Source: a virus (Duplodnaviria; Caudoviricetes). Taken from it: DNA of 64,000 nucleotides. The notes beneath the pieces are model-generated. The model was given only the letters and a program-made list of their open reading frames with translations, ran no database searches and was not told the DNA's origin. The DNA lies in IMG/VR virus record IMGVR_UViG_3300028591_000090, positions 96,001-160,000 of that record; one strand, 5' to 3'. This document shows positions 46,153 through 54,575 of the stretch, in pieces (the stretch's first letter is position 1; the number at the start of each line of letters is the position of its first letter). Both the position numbers and the translations under genes were made by a program.

Positions 46153-48228
46153 TTATATTTGATCCCTCAATATCACAGGCTCATATATGTGAATATAAAG
46201 TTTATCAGAATCTACAATTGAAGCAACATTTTGCAAAACACGATTTGTATCTGCGTCAAAAATAGAACTATATCCACCATCTTCTTGTAAATAAACATAA
46301 TCGCCTACATCTCCATTAACAGACGGAACTTCCAATACACCACTTAAATATACAGTTACATTTTCTCCCTCTGCAACACTATCCAATATAAATCCATCTG
46401 CCTCATTATCTGTTTGTGTTGAATCGGCTTTATATACTTTTCTATCATTTACAATATGAACAAAAGAATTGGCAGTAAGATTTTCTCCTGCAACCAATTC
46501 AACGGTAACACTTCCACCACCAGGTGTTGGTGTAGGACTTGGTGATACTCCACCACTATCTCCATCGTTTACAAGATAATCAAATGTTATAACATCATCT
46601 TCGTCAAGAATAAACCCAGCATTTTGTGTATTCCAAACAAGTTCGTCACCTTGTTCTATATTTTCAAATGTTTTTGCAGTATTTACTTTATTGAAATAGC
46701 AGTCTTTTGTTTTCCCAACAACAACAGATACTCCATTAACTTTTACAACAAAATCACTTTTCTTTCTTGGTTCTTCACTAACAATAATACCAGTTAAGAA
46801 CGGAACATTTGGATTTCGTCTCATATTGTTTGCGATAGAACTTGATATATGTCTTTCATTATCTGCATAAGATAAACGAACAGATGTTGATTTAACAATA
46901 TCATTAACAGTTTTGCCAATATAAGCATACAGAGAAACTTTTGTTGGCGTTATATCTTCTGGTAATTCTTTTGTGAAATAAATTACACCAGAAGCATATT
47001 GTAAAGAATAATATTTAGGTTCTATTTCAACACCATTTTGGTCATAAACTTTTATACGATAATTTTCACCATAATACGGACTTACAACATTTGTTATATA
47101 TTGTTTTTGACCTGAAACTCTTTTGTATGCCTTATAAGAAGAATCTTTATCTTTTTGTATTAATTCAAGAGAGCCATTACTTATATACTCAACAACACCA
47201 TCTTCGATAGCAATACTTGGTTCTGCATTTATATAACCAACCAAAACGTGACTACCGTCTAATACAATACCACCACCAATTGCTTCATCGTATTCTTCTG
47301 TATAATTAGATGTGCTTGCAACACCCATAATGTTTTTGTATGCAATTAGATTTTTACCATACAAATATTCTATTTCTTTATTAAATCTATCAACAGCAGT
47401 ACCTATTGTTGTTTTTTCTGTAAAATCGGTATTGAATCCATCATTATATCCGTCTTTATTTTCGCTTTCACCGATACCCAATGTAGATTCTACTTTCCAA
47501 TTATTTTCTTCGGAATTATATACATAAGTTGTTCCAGTCTCCTCGTCAACAATATATGTACCGTCGTCTGGTGTTATAAACTCATATCCTTGTGTCAAGA
47601 AATTATATTGTGCTATTTGTCCATTATGCTCACCATCTGTTATAACATATCTACCATATCTTTCTGCTGGGTTTGGCAAATCATCTTCTGTAACAAACTT
47701 TAATACTGCTCCATTCCAATTAACTACTTCGGAAATAGAAGGCGTACCACCTCCACCACGACCAGTTAAAGATAACCAACCAAGATTTTGGATATATCCA
47801 TATAAATCAATCTCTGGATGGTCTGAATTTCGACCATAAACAACATCGCCTGGATTACCAAATTTAGGGAATCCTTCATAATATACGTGTCTATGTATCA
47901 AAGCAGAATTAACTGTTCCTGCATAAATATTTTTAGCAAATAATTTACCGTTTGAATCAACAGTAAACATATCAGTATCATTAATAGTAAGTTCTATTTT
48001 AGAATTTAATTTTACTACATTAGCAGTAACACTACCCAAAGAAATGCTTCCCAAATTTTTTAGATTTTCGTCATCATCTCTATCAAATTCTTCAAAACCA
48101 ATCTGATAAGCCAAAAATTCATACAATGCTTCTGAAATTTTTTCAAAGTTATTATTCGATAACTCTGTAATTCCAGTTGTTGAATTTGCACTTATATTCG
48201 CTAAACTATTTATGTTGTTTATTATCAT
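46153..48228 (-). CDS. Multidomain virion fibre / head decoration protein
   Basis: DUF2793-like block (RYVI...HNGQIAQY...FITPDDG), Pro/Thr/Gly linker, C-terminal capsid-cement-like domain (AGENL...VYKADS...VTVYLSG). Confidence 0.6.
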   Translation of the reverse strand: MIINNINSLANISANSTTGITELSNNNFEKISEALYEFLAYQIGFEEFDRDDDENLKNLGSISLGSVTANVVKLNSKIELTINDTDMFTVDSNGKLFAKNIYAGTVNSALIHRHVYYEGFPKFGNPGDVVYGRNSDHPEIDLYGYIQNLGWLSLTGRGGGGTPSISEVVNWNGAVLKFVTEDDLPNPAERYGRYVITDGEHNGQIAQYNFLTQGYEFITPDDGTYIVDEETGTTYVYNSEENNWKVESTLGIGESENKDGYNDGFNTDFTEKTTIGTAVDRFNKEIEYLYGKNLIAYKNIMGVASTSNYTEEYDEAIGGGIVLDGSHVLVGYINAEPSIAIEDGVVEYISNGSLELIQKDKDSSYKAYKRVSGQKQYITNVVSPYYGENYRIKVYDQNGVEIEPKYYSLQYASGVIYFTKELPEDITPTKVSLYAYIGKTVNDIVKSTSVRLSYADNERHISSSIANNMRRNPNVPFLTGIIVSEEPRKKSDFVVKVNGVSVVVGKTKDCYFNKVNTAKTFENIEQGDELVWNTQNAGFILDEDDVITFDYLVNDGDSGGVSPSPTPTPGGGSVTVELVAGENLTANSFVHIVNDRKVYKADSTQTDNEADGFILDSVAEGENVTVYLSGVLEVPSVNGDVGDYVYLQEDGGYSSIFDADTNRVLQNVASIVDSDKLYIHIYEPVILRDQI

Positions 48229-48233
48229 CTCGC

Positions 48234-49523
48234 TTAATTATTTAACGTCTCACTCTTTTCATCTATATAAGATACTAAATTAACTGGTCCTTTTACTATC
48301 GACTTTCTAATATCTGCTTCAATAAGTTTATCGTCTGGATTACATACAAAGCAACCCTCTATCGTATTACCAGTTCCGTGAAAATATGTATTGTATACCT
48401 CACAATTCTTTAATGAATTACAATGAAATAATTCACTATTTTTAATAACAGAACTACTTATTTCACATTCGTAAAACTTACAGTTTTCAAAATTACCGTT
48501 TATATGTGAATAAAAGAACTCAATATCAGAAATATTATTACCATTTGTTATAACAGCGTCTCTAACTTGGAACATATTTCTTTCCGGGTCATAGTTTACG
48601 CTTCCACTATCAAATCCACAATAACTAATCAAATCAAATAACTTATCTTTAATAATATTGTAATAAGTTTTGATAACATCATCTTCTGATTTTAGGTCTG
48701 CCAACACTTCTATCTTCGGATAATTTAATCTCAAAGCGTCAATAGTTCCGATAGTATTCATTATTTTCTTTTGTAGTCCCAAAACTCTTTTAATTTTAGC
48801 CATTTCATCGTCAGTATAACTAAAATTATTCTTTAATACATTAACAACAACACTCAATAGTTTAACCAAATACTTATTAAATGTCTTTTTTGCCTTTTGA
48901 TAGTCTTTATGAAGAGCATATTGAACTGTTACAATGTTTGATTGAATATCTTTTGAATATAAATTAAAATTTTTATTATTTGGATAACCAAAATTCTTAT
49001 CATTCAATAGTTGATTCATTCCACCGTCGGTTAAAACAGCAACTTTTGGATAAATGTACAGCAAAGAATTGATATACATTCTTTCATGTTGGTTTTTATA
49101 CATTTTTTGAGATTGAGACATATTATCTATTGAACTAATCAATTTTAATAGATTTATATCACTAATTTTAGGCAATTTTAGGTCATTATTGCCAATCTTT
49201 AGAGATACAATTGCTTTACATTTTGCATTTGTAAATCCGTATGTATCAATAATATCAAAAACCTTAAACGCAACATTTATTGCCTCAAAATATGGTAAAA
49301 AACCAATCTGTATTTGAGACATTTTACTACCACCTATATCATTTCTGCAAATGTTTATACCAGTTTGTTTCGGCTTAACGTATTTATCACAATACGTAAC
49401 TCTCTGATTAGTACCTTTAATAATATATTCAGCGATTTTCTTTCTGTTTATCTCCGAAAAAAAATCGAAACAAAAGGCAAACTGTGTACAACCCATTAAC
49501 GCAATAGACTCTTCCTTCGTCAT
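48234..49523 (-). CDS. Degenerate amidoligase-like protein with C-terminal beta-helix/pentapeptide-like region (likely ATG at 49523)
   Basis: FAFCFDFF, GGSKMSQIQIGFLPY and GFTNAKCKAIVSL align by eye with GFEFEF, ELVTGPLPY and GxTxxxCxxH motifs. Confidence 0.5.
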   Translation of the reverse strand: MTKEESIALMGCTQFAFCFDFFSEINRKKIAEYIIKGTNQRVTYCDKYVKPKQTGINICRNDIGGSKMSQIQIGFLPYFEAINVAFKVFDIIDTYGFTNAKCKAIVSLKIGNNDLKLPKISDINLLKLISSIDNMSQSQKMYKNQHERMYINSLLYIYPKVAVLTDGGMNQLLNDKNFGYPNNKNFNLYSKDIQSNIVTVQYALHKDYQKAKKTFNKYLVKLLSVVVNVLKNNFSYTDDEMAKIKRVLGLQKKIMNTIGTIDALRLNYPKIEVLADLKSEDDVIKTYYNIIKDKLFDLISYCGFDSGSVNYDPERNMFQVRDAVITNGNNISDIEFFYSHINGNFENCKFYECEISSSVIKNSELFHCNSLKNCEVYNTYFHGTGNTIEGCFVCNPDDKLIEADIRKSIVKGPVNLVSYIDEKSETLNN

Positions 49524-49550
49524 TATTGTAAAATAATTATTATACACCTT

Positions 49551-49568
49551 TATTTATTAAAATAAATA
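49551..49568. promoter_or_regulatory. Back-to-back TAAATA late-promoter candidates at a divergent junction
   Basis: TAAATA on minus (49556-49551) and plus (49563-49568). Confidence 0.55.
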
Positions 49569-49593
49569 ACGATAGAGTAAAAGTTTTCTACTT

Positions 49594-51249
49594 ATGGCAT
49601 TTAATATTTTCAAACACGATAGAATAAGAGCAACAGAGATATTGCAAGATACAATAAATTTTGTTGTCGATAAATTTAAACAATCTAAAAAAGTTTTCAC
49701 CGTATCATCTGTATATGGACAAATATTATATGTATTGGAAAACCTTTCAAATTTTATCTTTTACTACATCGAAGATTCTACAACAGAATTTTCTATCAGA
49801 GAAGCATCTCGTGCTTCTTCTATTTATAGTATTGCTTCTTTAGCAGGCTATAATCCCTCTCGTTCTATTGCCGCAAGTGGTCAAATTTGCCTAAAAAGAA
49901 AACAAACAATAGATGTTGATATAGCAGGAGATATTATAAGCATACCGAATTATCTAAAAATTACGTGTAAAAACACTAATAAAGACTATATTTTAGACCT
50001 TGGTATGGACGATATGAGAATAGACACTACAAGTACAGAACCAATATACATTAACATCCTACAAGGTAAAATGGAAACACAACAGTTGGCAAGTGGTACT
50101 GGTATGCCATTTGCTTCATACTCTATGCCGTTCAAAAAGAACTTTTTTGTAGATAATAAAATGGTTAAAGTATATGTAAACGATGAATTACAGCCTGCAT
50201 ATGATAATCTATTAAAGATTCCACAAGGTGAGCCTGGTTGTATGATTCGAACTGGTATCAACTCTGGTGTAGATATATTCTTTGGAAACGGATTCTTCGG
50301 TAAAATGCCACCTTTAGGTGCTGATGTCCGTGTTGAATATCTTGTAACCGACGGTTTTTCTGGAAATATGCACGTAGAAAACGCAGAAGATATAAATTGG
50401 GAATTTACAGAAACTGGATTTGATAATGCTGGTGTTGAAGTAGAACTAAATGATGTGTTTGATATTTCAACAACAATAGTTCCTAACTTTGGTTCAAATG
50501 CAGAACCAGGAAAACTAACAAGAATGTTGTTGTCAAAAGCAAACGATAGACTGATGATTGACGCTGATTACGAATTGTTATTTAGACGTATGCAAGCATT
50601 CTCAATAATTCGTGTTGGTAGAGATAAAGATAATGATAGAATCTTTAATGTAATGTTAGTGCCTGATATTAAACGATACATTACTGGAAATATAAACTAT
50701 TTTAATATTGACACAAATAGATTTATACTTTCTGCTTTACAAAAAAATGAAATTCTAAAATACATTAAAAGAATGGGTACAGAAACAATATCGACAGATA
50801 TAAATTTCGTTGACCCTGTTATGAAAAAATATGTAATTAACGTAAGTTTGGTTATTTTCTCTGGTTATGACGAAAATGTAATAAAAAATACTATTGTATC
50901 TCGTATTAGTGATTACTTTATAAACTGTTCACGACAAGATAGAATACCTCGAAGTGATTTGGTCAAAATCATTGAAGAAGTTGATGGTGTAGATTCTGTA
51001 AATGTTATATTCGTTTCAAAAGAAAATGAAGATTATCATATGAGCATTGGTTCAAATCCAAATATTCTTAAAGGACTTGATGAAATTAATGATATTATCA
51101 TAGATAAACACGATTTAGTTGTAATCCGTGGTGGTTGGAGAGATAGAAACGGAAACTATTATGCAGAAAATTATCAAACTGACCAAACACTTGGTGCAAT
51201 AAATATATATATAAAGGATATTAATCCTAACGTACAACAAAAAAATTAA
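49594..51249 (+). CDS. Baseplate wedge protein (T4 gp6 / baseplate J-like)
   Basis: A.RASSIYSIA...GYNP.R..AA.G, IFFGNG.FGK.P, VEYLVTDG..GN, DYE, VDGVDSV. Confidence 0.85.
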   Translation: MAFNIFKHDRIRATEILQDTINFVVDKFKQSKKVFTVSSVYGQILYVLENLSNFIFYYIEDSTTEFSIREASRASSIYSIASLAGYNPSRSIAASGQICLKRKQTIDVDIAGDIISIPNYLKITCKNTNKDYILDLGMDDMRIDTTSTEPIYINILQGKMETQQLASGTGMPFASYSMPFKKNFFVDNKMVKVYVNDELQPAYDNLLKIPQGEPGCMIRTGINSGVDIFFGNGFFGKMPPLGADVRVEYLVTDGFSGNMHVENAEDINWEFTETGFDNAGVEVELNDVFDISTTIVPNFGSNAEPGKLTRMLLSKANDRLMIDADYELLFRRMQAFSIIRVGRDKDNDRIFNVMLVPDIKRYITGNINYFNIDTNRFILSALQKNEILKYIKRMGTETISTDINFVDPVMKKYVINVSLVIFSGYDENVIKNTIVSRISDYFINCSRQDRIPRSDLVKIIEEVDGVDSVNVIFVSKENEDYHMSIGSNPNILKGLDEINDIIIDKHDLVVIRGGWRDRNGNYYAENYQTDQTLGAINIYIKDINPNVQQKN

Positions 51250-51254
51250 GTATA

Positions 51255-52088
51255 ATGGACTATATTTCAGATTTTTATACATATTTGACAGAAAATGCTA
51301 ATGGTGCAAACAACAACCAAGACCTTCACGAATGGACAAAAGAAGAAGTTCAAATGGCAGGACAGCATCTTGGTATCAATTTGAGTAAATATGATTATAA
51401 TGAGGTTATGCTCGGTATGAAAATCGAATCAAAACACGGTTCACAATATGGTAACGATGTCAATGTAACTGGAGACCAAGCAGAACCAACACTTAAACTT
51501 GTAATCGGAAATTTACGAAGCAATAATCATTATTATTCGCAAATGCAACAACTTGAAAATCAGCAGAATAAACAACAAGTAATGGAGTCTGTATATGCTC
51601 TAAACGATTTCGGTAAATATATCGACGTTGTAAAAAAAAAATCTGAACCAATAGACGCTGTTGTAGCAGCAGGCGTTCTTCCTATCTGTAAAGAAACTGG
51701 TAGAATATTACTCGTTAAACGGTCGGACAATTCATCTGAACCAGGAACTTGGGCTGGTATTGGTGGTAAAATAGAAGAAAAGAATGGTGAATCAGAAGAA
51801 CGTGTTATTGATATTGTAAAAAGAGAATTCTTTGAAGAAACGGCTTGTAAAGAACATTATAGTTTAATTCCGTCATACGTTTATATTACAAAGAAAGGAA
51901 AATTCAAATATTATAACTTTATAGGTATCTTCGACGAAGAATTTATTCCAGAACTTAATGAAGAAAATTCAGATTATCAATGGATTTCGTTAGAAGATTT
52001 TAGAAATATTGACTCAAAAGATGTTCACTTCGGTATAAAACTTTTATTCTTACACGACCCGAATATAATAAAAAAATACGCAAAATAA
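51255..52088 (+). CDS. Nudix hydrolase fused to an N-terminal DUF5661-like domain
   Basis: TGRILLVKRS, PGTW..GGKIE...REFFEET Nudix box, LNEENSDYQW; N-terminal GMKIESKHG...HYY. Confidence 0.8.
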   Translation: MDYISDFYTYLTENANGANNNQDLHEWTKEEVQMAGQHLGINLSKYDYNEVMLGMKIESKHGSQYGNDVNVTGDQAEPTLKLVIGNLRSNNHYYSQMQQLENQQNKQQVMESVYALNDFGKYIDVVKKKSEPIDAVVAAGVLPICKETGRILLVKRSDNSSEPGTWAGIGGKIEEKNGESEERVIDIVKREFFEETACKEHYSLIPSYVYITKKGKFKYYNFIGIFDEEFIPELNEENSDYQWISLEDFRNIDSKDVHFGIKLLFLHDPNIIKKYAK

Positions 52089-52333
52089 TGTTAAAAAATA
52101 GCGTCTTTTATAAACCAATACATAGAAAAGAATCTAAAGCATATAGAGGTTATGACTATAAAGGTAAGATTCTTAAAAATACTATGTCAGAAGCAATGTT
52201 CAATAATGGTGAATTTCTATACAATTTCCTTATGAAAATTGACGATTTTGTATATAATCTTATTGAGGGTGTAAAGACAATACACGTATTCAATATGATT
52301 GCCGTTGATAAAAATGATAGAAGCATAAATTAG
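52088..52333 (+). CDS. Hypothetical protein
   Basis: 81-aa ORF coupled to its neighbours. Confidence 0.6.
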   Translation: MLKNSVFYKPIHRKESKAYRGYDYKGKILKNTMSEAMFNNGEFLYNFLMKIDDFVYNLIEGVKTIHVFNMIAVDKNDRSIN

Positions 52334-52334
52334 T

Positions 52335-52910
52335 ATGATATTAGATTCAAAAAATAATCAGTTTGTCTTTTATTTTTCTCCAGATTTCTGGTGTGAAAAA
52401 GTATTGGATTTTTATAAGTCTTTTTATAAATATCTATTGCTACCTTATGAAAACGTAGATGATTATGTTTTATCTACTCTACAAACGGTAGAATTTCCGG
52501 GAATTACAAACCAAACAGTATCACAAACAAGATACTTGGGAAAAGAAATGATATATAAAGGTGCACAACCAGTAAAAGACCTACAAGATAAAAAATTTTC
52601 CTTGTCGTTCAAAATGACAGAAGGGTTTATGAATTATATGATGATATATCATAACTATCTCGAATTTATGGACCACATGAATAAAAAACAAAACTATGAT
52701 TGTTTTACTTTGGGTGTACTTAATAATGAGGGATTTCTAATGTATACTATTGATTTCTTAAAAGTATTACCTGTTAGTATTTCAAGTTTTAATTTGGACT
52801 ATACAGCAGTTGATAATAATCTAAATAAATTCACCGTAGGATTTAAATATGTCGATTGGAATATTACATTACAATACGATAAAATGCTTAATCTATACGA
52901 AGAAAGTTAG
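52335..52910 (+). CDS. Tail-tube-fold protein (gp19/gp3/gp54-like)
   Basis: QTVEFPGI, FSLSFKMTEGFMNY, P.SIS...LDY, FTVGFKY. Confidence 0.6.
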   Translation: MILDSKNNQFVFYFSPDFWCEKVLDFYKSFYKYLLLPYENVDDYVLSTLQTVEFPGITNQTVSQTRYLGKEMIYKGAQPVKDLQDKKFSLSFKMTEGFMNYMMIYHNYLEFMDHMNKKQNYDCFTLGVLNNEGFLMYTIDFLKVLPVSISSFNLDYTAVDNNLNKFTVGFKYVDWNITLQYDKMLNLYEES

Positions 52911-52916
52911 ATTTTT

Positions 52917-52947
52917 TTTGGATTATACATTTTTTTTACTATTTTTG
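52917..52947 (+). promoter_or_regulatory. Bacteroidota-type promoter
   Basis: TTTG (52917-52920), 19-nt spacer, TATTTTTG (52940-52947). Confidence 0.75.
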
Positions 52948-52965
52948 CACCAAAAATAAACAATA

Positions 52966-53694
52966 ATGGGACTTAATGAAGAATTAAAGGCGGCTCAGGA
53001 GATACAGAAAATAAACATCAAGGTCAGAAGAGCTTGGGGTACTATTTTCTCATCGTGGGCGAAAAAATTTTGGATAATGATTAAATGGCAAAGGAAGCAA
53101 TTATTCAAAAATATTTTAATAATTGGTCTTGGCATTTCAACGATTTGTTTGGTTTATCATACATTATACAAACCAATGGAACAAGAAAGAACCATTGCAC
53201 AAATCGAAAAATCATTAGAATCGGATTCTCTTAATCAGTTATTGCCAAAAGAAAACATTGAGTTTATGCTTGCTGTTGGTATGATTGAATCTCGTTGTAA
53301 ATGGAATGCTATTGGTGGTAGTGGTAATGCCTATTGGGGAGCATTTCAATTTGGCAAATCTGCATTATCTTCTGTTGGATTATCAAATGTACCACAAAAA
53401 GTATTCTTGGGTGATACACTATTGCAAATGTGGGCAATGAATAGTCTAATGAAAAAGAATTACTATATTCTACAGAACGATATAGAAAAATATAATATCC
53501 CAATGAAAGGTGGTGTACTAATAGGTAGATATATGTGCACGGTATCTGGGCTTTTAGCTGCAAGTCATTTAGTAGGTGTTAATGCCGTTAAAAGATTTAT
53601 CGAAAGTAACGGTAAAGAAATTGCACACGATGGTAACGATGTACCTCTAACAGATTATTTAATGTTAAACGGATATTTTCTTAATCTACAATAG
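52966..53694 (+). CDS. Membrane-anchored lysozyme-like / lytic transglycosylase
   Basis: TM ILIIGLGISTICLVY; catalytic IES, GAFQFG, SGLLAASHLVG, DGN. Confidence 0.75.
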   Translation: MGLNEELKAAQEIQKINIKVRRAWGTIFSSWAKKFWIMIKWQRKQLFKNILIIGLGISTICLVYHTLYKPMEQERTIAQIEKSLESDSLNQLLPKENIEFMLAVGMIESRCKWNAIGGSGNAYWGAFQFGKSALSSVGLSNVPQKVFLGDTLLQMWAMNSLMKKNYYILQNDIEKYNIPMKGGVLIGRYMCTVSGLLAASHLVGVNAVKRFIESNGKEIAHDGNDVPLTDYLMLNGYFLNLQ

Positions 53695-53714
53695 TTTTTT
53701 TCAAAAAAAATTAT

Positions 53715-53722
53715 TATATTTG
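53715..53722 (+). promoter_or_regulatory. Bacteroidota -7 box 4 nt before the ATG
   Basis: TATATTTG-CAGT-ATG. Confidence 0.55.
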
Positions 53723-53726
53723 CAGT

Positions 53727-54536
53727 ATGGGTTATAAGAGAATTACAATAAAGAAAACATTTGAACCAAATTGGTTCTTATCCGAAAAAGAAGAGGATAT
53801 GTATGACTTTGAATATCAACAATTAAAAATGTTGGCTATTCAAAGAGATTCATACAAAGAAATAAACAAGCAAAACCACGACATTTTTATGGAACTTATG
53901 TTCAATGGTTTAAGAATGAATACCCTCATTTCGGATAACAAATACTATGACGAATTTTATAGTTCATACGACAAAGATTATAAAATCAATAACCTTATTC
54001 GTAATATAAGAGAAAGAAACTATAACGGGAAAAGATTTATTGACATCGCTTTATATTTCCAACAAGTCATAAATAATTCACTCTATGACGAAACAATGTT
54101 ACTATACGAAGATGGCGGAATCATTGATGTCTATAAAAAGAATAAATTTCTTCATACTATCAATGGAATATATGTTATCGTATATGAGAAAGAACATATT
54201 TATCTATATAAAGTAGTTTCTTCAAATGAATCACTATATTGCGTTCACATATACAAACTAATGGAAGAAAGGAAATCACCCAAACAAATAAAACGCTTTG
54301 AATTATTTGTAAGAGAATTTAACAGTATGAATAACGATATTATTGACGAAAGTAATGTTGTTGCTCTGGATAATTCAGAAGAAAAAATTGACGCTCTCAA
54401 TGTTGTTAAATGCTTCCGTAATATATATATAACAAACAAATGGTTCAACAAAAATGGAGAATTTAACATCCAATTGCCTTACCATTTGTTTTGTGAAAAT
54501 TTTATACTTGACGATAAGTTTAAGTATAAATTCTAA
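53727..54536 (+). CDS. Hypothetical protein
   Basis: 269-aa ORF. Confidence 0.7.
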   Translation: MGYKRITIKKTFEPNWFLSEKEEDMYDFEYQQLKMLAIQRDSYKEINKQNHDIFMELMFNGLRMNTLISDNKYYDEFYSSYDKDYKINNLIRNIRERNYNGKRFIDIALYFQQVINNSLYDETMLLYEDGGIIDVYKKNKFLHTINGIYVIVYEKEHIYLYKVVSSNESLYCVHIYKLMEERKSPKQIKRFELFVREFNSMNNDIIDESNVVALDNSEEKIDALNVVKCFRNIYITNKWFNKNGEFNIQLPYHLFCENFILDDKFKYKF

Positions 54537-54575
54537 AGCACTTTCATTTTCTATAAAATAGAACATATATTTATA

